From positions 30,623 through 94,622 of IMG/VR virus record IMGVR_UViG_3300033121_002078: a stretch of DNA of 64,000 bases; one strand, given 5' to 3'. Below the pieces are notes generated by a model that had not been told where the DNA came from, did no database searches, and saw only the letters and a program-made list of their open reading frames with translations. This document shows, piece after piece, positions 59,157 to 64,000 of this stretch (position 1 is its first letter; every line of letters begins with the position of its first letter). Both the position numbers and the translations under genes were made by a program. Source of the DNA: a virus (taxonomy: Duplodnaviria; Caudoviricetes).

Positions 59157-60152
59157 TTATAAGTGTTCAATAGATTCCAATTTGTTGGCCACATCAACAT
59201 TTTTTAAAAGGATAGCATATGTATTTTCACTGTGTCTATCTTCTGTATCAAATATTTTTTTTCTTATGTCTGCAGTAAAATCCAGATCAATATATTTATT
59301 CTCTCGATCAAACCCAAAAACCTCTAAAGCAACTCCAGGTTTTATATATTTGCACTCATAATTAGTAAACAAATTTGGAATGCGTTCAATTATTTTTAAG
59401 AACCACTGACCAGCATAAAACTGAATAGGCTCTTTTACTATAACTAATTGAGGTTCTCCGTTCTTGCTTAGATACCAATTGATCATAGCTTGTTCGCAAG
59501 AAGAAAACTTGGACTCAAATGAACAAGCACTTGCTCTCCATTTCTCTTTGTCCTTCTCTCCGCTCCACCTAAGCGTAAAAGCCCCTATAAGATAACGCAT
59601 ACGCTTTTTAAGAAGGGTTTTGGCGGTGTCTAGGTCTAATGAATATCCAAACCTTGCATTAAAAATTTTAACCTGTTCAATAGTAACAAACGTATCCTTG
59701 AATTCCCTAAGAAAAGAATACCAGTCTCTTTCCAGATTTGTTTCAGGCATTAATTCTTCAACCCATGTCGTATCTGATGGATCAAAGCCATATTTGTCAA
59801 TAATGTTTTTGACCTGATCATGTTTTTGTTTTATTGCTTTCATCATTCTCTCTATTTCTGATGACTTTAATTTTGGTACGAATTCTTGATTTGTTTTTAA
59901 TGAATATTCATACAATTTTAATTGTACAGGAAGTATTGCCTTTTGAAAAAACAATAACTGATTAAGGGATGTTATTTTGCTTTTTTGAATCCAAAAACAC
60001 TGTGAACCCTTAATCGTCTTGCCATCAATATGAAATATTAAATCACTAGAATCTAAACCTGCAAATACAGCTTCTATATTTATGAAGCCTACAGGTTCCC
60101 ACCAAAGTATGTAGACTGGCTCCCCTATTTCGATTTTCGATTGCAACCACAT
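59157..60152 (-). CDS. Hypothetical protein
   Basis: 331-aa ORF. Confidence 0.6.
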   Translation of the reverse strand: MWLQSKIEIGEPVYILWWEPVGFINIEAVFAGLDSSDLIFHIDGKTIKGSQCFWIQKSKITSLNQLLFFQKAILPVQLKLYEYSLKTNQEFVPKLKSSEIERMMKAIKQKHDQVKNIIDKYGFDPSDTTWVEELMPETNLERDWYSFLREFKDTFVTIEQVKIFNARFGYSLDLDTAKTLLKKRMRYLIGAFTLRWSGEKDKEKWRASACSFESKFSSCEQAMINWYLSKNGEPQLVIVKEPIQFYAGQWFLKIIERIPNLFTNYECKYIKPGVALEVFGFDRENKYIDLDFTADIRKKIFDTEDRHSENTYAILLKNVDVANKLESIEHL

Positions 60153-60170
60153 CCCTTTTTTGGTTGGGTT

Positions 60171-60380
60171 TTACTTGGTTTCTGGGGGACTATCTTGGGT
60201 TTTATCTTGAGTTTCTTGTTTTTCATTTTTTTGTGAAAAGTATTTACAATTCTTGCAACATCTTTTTAAGAGATGCGGTTTCCTTTTATCAAATAGATCG
60301 CAATAATGATTAAAGTTAACCCGAACTCCATTTCGAGTTGTACAGAAAAACGGCTCAATAGTTAATGGCACTTTTTCCAT
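60171..60380 (-). CDS. Small Cys-rich hypothetical protein
   Basis: CCKNCKYF. Confidence 0.45.
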   Translation of the reverse strand: MEKVPLTIEPFFCTTRNGVRVNFNHYCDLFDKRKPHLLKRCCKNCKYFSQKNEKQETQDKTQDSPPETK

Positions 60381-60389
60381 AGTATATAC

Positions 60390-61106
60390 CTACCCATTTT
60401 CACAGCTTCTTCCTGCAAACCATTGTATACATTTATATATCGACAAAGATGACCGATATGTCAATTCTAAATCAATTTTACCCCCATTAAAAAATATCCC
60501 CGCATCGTCTCCAAATTTCTCTTGCATATCCAATCTATCATTCACTAAATTATCTATATTATCACTGATTCTTAATAAAGCAGAAAATTCAAGTTCTTGG
60601 CCTTTAGGCAAAGATTTGTTATCATATTCAACATGTCTAAACTGTCTATATTCAGTAATTGCGTGAATATCCCAATAAGACATTTTGCAATTGTCTATGA
60701 TATAATTAATGCAATTTTGAGAATTGTTTAACCACTTTGCATCTTTAGTAATTTCATAACACTTGGTATAACATAGTGATGCTTGTGCATCTAATTGAGA
60801 TGTGGCACTAACATGGTTAGCATACATTATCCCAATGTCGCTCATTCCAGCATTTAAAAACGATAAAGCAGCAATTGCATCTAGAGGTGTAGAACTGTTT
60901 AAGGATAATTGTTTTGGTTTAATGTAAACTGATCTACTGGAGATAAAACTCAATATATCATTATTTTTTTTGTTGCAATAGTTACCTATTAAACAAACAA
61001 TTAAAGCATTTATAAGCTTCGGTTCGCTGACGGAATCAACATCAAAAGAGCATTTGTTCAATAACAGTTGTGAAAAGTTTAGTTTATGTTTTAACTTCTC
61101 GAACAA
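60390..61106 (-). CDS. Hypothetical alpha-helical protein
   Basis: 238-aa ORF; CYEITKDAKWL is reminiscent of alpha/alpha-toroid repeats. Confidence 0.5.
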   Translation of the reverse strand: MFEKLKHKLNFSQLLLNKCSFDVDSVSEPKLINALIVCLIGNYCNKKNNDILSFISSRSVYIKPKQLSLNSSTPLDAIAALSFLNAGMSDIGIMYANHVSATSQLDAQASLCYTKCYEITKDAKWLNNSQNCINYIIDNCKMSYWDIHAITEYRQFRHVEYDNKSLPKGQELEFSALLRISDNIDNLVNDRLDMQEKFGDDAGIFFNGGKIDLELTYRSSLSIYKCIQWFAGRSCENG

Positions 61107-61170
61107 AATATACTCCAGAAGCTATAAACCTCTGGAGTATATTGTAATTTACGTTCTGATTTAAATCAAC

Positions 61171-61728
61171 TTAATTAGTAACAGTAGCACCACGACGGGT
61201 TTCTGTGACGGCAGTGGTATCGTTGTAACCAAGATAACCGTTTGTTACAGTTGCTCCCGTGCTAGTTGCAACAACGGTTGCACGAGCAGAATTGGTCACT
61301 GTTACAGTTTCTCTAACATGAGAAGGACGAGTATCTGTGGCATAATCTATAAGAAGTTGGCTTGCCATGTCAGGAGTTGAATATTTCTTGTCTCTGGTCT
61401 TAAATGCATACCAAGCACTCCAAGTTCCGCCACCATTATTGCTTACCCGGAACTCAAAGCGTGTTCTAAAAGGAAGAACAATCTTAAGGGTAGCTGCAGT
61501 TTTAGATACAATTAGCGGGCTTTCTACATCGGCAACGTTTGATGTAACTGTTAATGCAACAGTATTCCCGCTTCCCATTGGAACTCGATCTTTTCTGCGA
61601 ATCTGATACTTAACTACGCCTGTTAAACCCGAATTAAGAGTAACAGCATCATTAGAAAAAGCTCCAGCAGTTGTTGCTGTTGGATTGCCGTTGCCACTTA
61701 CGCCTCCCAAACTAACAGATAGAGCCAT
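61171..61728 (-). CDS. Putative virion structural protein (FN3-like, Thr-rich)
   Basis: FEFRVSNNGGGTWSAW; AGGAGG SD; promoter motif upstream. Confidence 0.6.
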   Translation of the reverse strand: MALSVSLGGVSGNGNPTATTAGAFSNDAVTLNSGLTGVVKYQIRRKDRVPMGSGNTVALTVTSNVADVESPLIVSKTAATLKIVLPFRTRFEFRVSNNGGGTWSAWYAFKTRDKKYSTPDMASQLLIDYATDTRPSHVRETVTVTNSARATVVATSTGATVTNGYLGYNDTTAVTETRRGATVTN

Positions 61729-61756
61729 TAAATGTCTCCTCCTTAATAACTGAATA

Positions 61757-61786
61757 TATATTGAACATTTAATTTAGAATTCCTTT
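61757..61786 (-). promoter_or_regulatory. Putative phage sigma promoter AAAGGA-N17-CAATAT
   Basis: Exact 17-nt spacing. Confidence 0.55.
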
Positions 61787-61810
61787 CTTTATTTTGAAAA
61801 ATTATTGAAC

Positions 61811-61858
61811 AAAAAAAACCCGCCCTTAACTTCCTTTCGGAAATTGGTGGACGGGTTT
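61811..61858 (-). terminator. Terminator closing the large ncRNA
   Basis: Minus strand AAACCCG...TTCC-GAAA-GGAA...CGGG-T8. Confidence 0.7.
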
Positions 61859-62745
61859 ATAACAACTGTTTTAGTTGTCACCGCGAAACAAAGATTTTAC
61901 TCCTTGTCAGAAGCAATAACAACCTGATTTTGTCCCACCATGTTTTGCAGTTTACCAGACAAGACAATTGTTTAGTTTCGAGCCTTTAGGACTCGACCGC
62001 ATTACAACTTGCTGGTTAGCATTGCTGGAGGATTGTAATACTCATTGTTAAGTCGGTCTTCTAGTGTTACCCGAATACAACTTAATATTTGCAGTACAAC
62101 CTCATCCGGCAAATCCCATGTTTTTCATTTCGCTACATGGGTATAGCGTCGTTTCTAAGGCTTTTTTTCAGTTTCCAGCCTAGACTCATGTAATCTATTC
62201 TTAAACCTTTCGGTCTATTTCTCCCAATGAAGGGAGGGGATTTTGCAAGCAATCTACCATGCCTGTAAGTATCCCGATTACTCCGTGGACGTTTCATATT
62301 ACTATGAAATATTTAGTAGTTTTTCTTAATACTATTTCTAGTACTTGTACTATTTCTTGCGATTTAGTACTATGGCCTACTCATCCACTTCCGATGTCCG
62401 TCTGCGAGTTTCCATTCATCAATCCCTGATAAAACTTTCGCTTCATCATTTCCTGACAAATGTTTAGTTAATTAGTTGAGTTTCCTCAATGTGTTAACCT
62501 CAACACCCATATGCGGTTTTGGTGCTTGTGTTCCGTGGTAGCCGTTTCAGGATGCAGCCGTTACCGACTTCTACCAGCGGTTTGCCCGCAGATCTGAATT
62601 TATTACGTCAGTGACTTGGTTTTACCTTCGTCATTCTGACAACCTTAACCTCTCGATTAAGGGTTGGGACGTTGTTCCGTATTTACTTTTTAAAGAGCTT
62701 CGGTTGACTGCTTCGTCTCGCGTTGTCGCGTCCGTCGCTGTCAAC
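61811..62745 (-). ncRNA. Large (~935 nt) structured non-coding RNA, family unassigned
   Basis: No credible ORF; many GNRA-capped hairpins, all on the minus strand; own promoter and terminator. Confidence 0.7.
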
Positions 62746-62751
62746 ACGAGT

Positions 62752-62780
62752 AATATAGCTCCGGTCTGCCTGGGATGCAA
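62752..62780 (-). promoter_or_regulatory. Sigma70-type promoter TTGCAT-N17-TATATT for the ncRNA
   Basis: -35 at 62775-62780, -10 at 62752-62757. Confidence 0.65.
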
Positions 62781-62859
62781 GGCGTTTTTGCCAAAAAAAA
62801 GAGATTTTTTTTAGACGGATTTCCGACAGGATTTTTAGTTCAAAACGCCCTTTCAAAAC

Positions 62860-62888
62860 AAGGAATTGTTCTTTTTTTTGGGCATAAT
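62860..62888 (+). promoter_or_regulatory. Putative phage sigma promoter AAGGA-N17-GCATAAT
   Basis: Exact 17-nt spacing, upstream of the 62916 gene. Confidence 0.5.
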
Positions 62889-62915
62889 ATTGGTCACTAT
62901 TAAAGGTGTATAACA

Positions 62916-64000
62916 ATGAATTATGTAGGTGATTTTCTAGCCAGTTCTGTTGTCAGAATCATGTGGAATACCAAAGCCTCAACAGGTGCAAGCATTACGC
63001 GAGCTGTAAACGGAACCATAAAAATATACAAGGATAACTCTACGACTGAAAGGACTTCCTCATCTGGCATTACTGACACTGAAGACTTTGACAGCAACAC
63101 TGGCGTACACCACCTAAACATTGATACATCTGACAATGCTGATGCCGGATTCTATGCTGCAGGGCATGATTATTTTGCAGTATTAACTGGAGCAACTATC
63201 GACGGACAAACCGTAAACGAAAATATAGGCTCTTTTTCAATTGAAAACAGAAACATCAAAGCCAACTTAACACAAATTGATGGACTAGCAACAAGCGGAA
63301 ATAATGCGACCCTTTATTTAAAAGCCCTAAACATTACCAACAGTGCTAATACTGCCGTCACCATTACATCTGGTGGAGCTGGATATGTAGGAGTAGATAT
63401 TGAAGGTGGCGGAAATGGCACAGGCTTAAGAGTAAGAGGTGGTAGTGGAAACTCAAGCGGATTTGAATGTATTGGATATGGTACAGGCAGTGGAATGGTT
63501 TCGTATTGTGATGTTGGTACTGGGCATGGTATAAACGCATATGGTGGCGATGGCGGAGGAAACGGAATAAAAGTAGAAAGCGGAATCAGAATCAATCATA
63601 ATAGTGATACTGGTGTAGCCATTACTGGAGGAGGTGTTGGCAACTCTGGAGTTGATATCACTGGAAGCGGAAGCGGGACCGGAATGAGACTATTGGGCGG
63701 TGGAAACGGAAGCGGGTTGGAATGTATTGGACTTGGAACTGGCAGTGGCATTAGTGCTTTCTGCGACGTTGGGACTGGACCAGGGATAACCGCTCATGGT
63801 GGAGATAATGGTGGCAACGGAGTAGATATAACAAACGGTTTAACAATTGACAGTGAAATACCAGTAGTTAATTTATCATCTGCAGGATTAGATGATGTAG
63901 CAGTAGAAAGCGGAGTAAATGCCCGTCAAGCACTATCCGTAATTGCTTCTGTACTTTCTGGAGTATTAAGCGGAGCCTCTGGCACCAGCATTACTATAAA
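62916..64000 (+). CDS. Gly-rich tail fibre/spike-like protein, 3'-truncated (absent from the ORF track)
   Basis: ATG 62916 (MNYVGDFLASSVVRIMWNT...) appears open to the window end; duplicated GxECIGxGTGSG...CDVGTG units. Confidence 0.7.
   Translation, partial: MNYVGDFLASSVVRIMWNTKASTGASITRAVNGTIKIYKDNSTTERTSSSGITDTEDFDSNTGVHHLNIDTSDNADAGFYAAGHDYFAVLTGATIDGQTVNENIGSFSIENRNIKANLTQIDGLATSGNNATLYLKALNITNSANTAVTITSGGAGYVGVDIEGGGNGTGLRVRGGSGNSSGFECIGYGTGSGMVSYCDVGTGHGINAYGGDGGGNGIKVESGIRINHNSDTGVAITGGGVGNSGVDITGSGSGTGMRLLGGGNGSGLECIGLGTGSGISAFCDVGTGPGITAHGGDNGGNGVDITNGLTIDSEIPVVNLSSAGLDDVAVESGVNARQALSVIASVLSGVLSGASGTSITI

Noticed and set aside
61107-61143. Inverted repeat AATATACTCCAGA/TCTGGAGTATATT as a mobile-element end
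   Set aside because: Single short hairpin downstream of 61171..61728; more simply a terminator or regulatory stem
61811-62745. Group II intron, RNase P, tmRNA or rRNA identity for the structured region
   Set aside because: No domain V (AGC/CGC triad hairpin), no GAGGAAAGUCC, no tRNA-like ends and no interrupted host gene; it has its own promoter and terminator
62611-62916. Short ORFs 62611..62814 and 62683..62916
   Set aside because: They overlap the RNA hairpins and promoters and have no convincing SD or protein-like features
62921-63595. Minus-strand ORFs 62921..63136 and 63314..63595
   Set aside because: Antisense shadows of the plus-strand Gly-rich gene
1-64000. CRISPR array, tRNA genes, stop-codon reassignment, major capsid gene
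   Set aside because: No spaced repeats or cloverleafs seen; long ORFs are intact in code 11 and use all three stops; no capsid motif recognised in this window

Overview
The window is a gene-dense, AT-rich segment of a large (jumbo-type) tailed phage genome, read in the standard bacterial code. Morphogenesis genes include a tail tube, a tail assembly chaperone with a -1 frameshift signal, neck proteins, an intein-containing portal fused to a DUF559/Vsr-like nuclease, a large terminase and carbohydrate-binding virion proteins. Metabolic and accessory genes include class II RNR with an intein, dUTPase, PhoH, SpeD, two tRNA nucleotidyltransferase-family genes, two DNA methyltransferases, an actin-like ATPase, Hsp20, a GH108 lysozyme and a SigH-like sigma factor. 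Four observations stand out. (1) A complete phage-encoded ubiquitin-like conjugation operon (E2, JAB, E1, Ubl ending in G-N, plus two double-E2 proteins) lies at 10.3-15.1 kb. (2) A free-standing ~935-nt structured non-coding RNA, with its own sigma70-type promoter and terminator, lies at 61.8-62.8 kb. (3) Unrelated enzymes share an N-terminal M-S/N-W-x-K peptide, and head-region proteins carry recurrent K-x-A-(Q/S/G) motifs, suggesting a capsid-loading and maturation code. (4) An AAAGGA-N17-(G/C)NATA promoter motif recurs and matches the encoded SigH-like sigma factor. All calls come from motif recognition by eye; no database searches were run.
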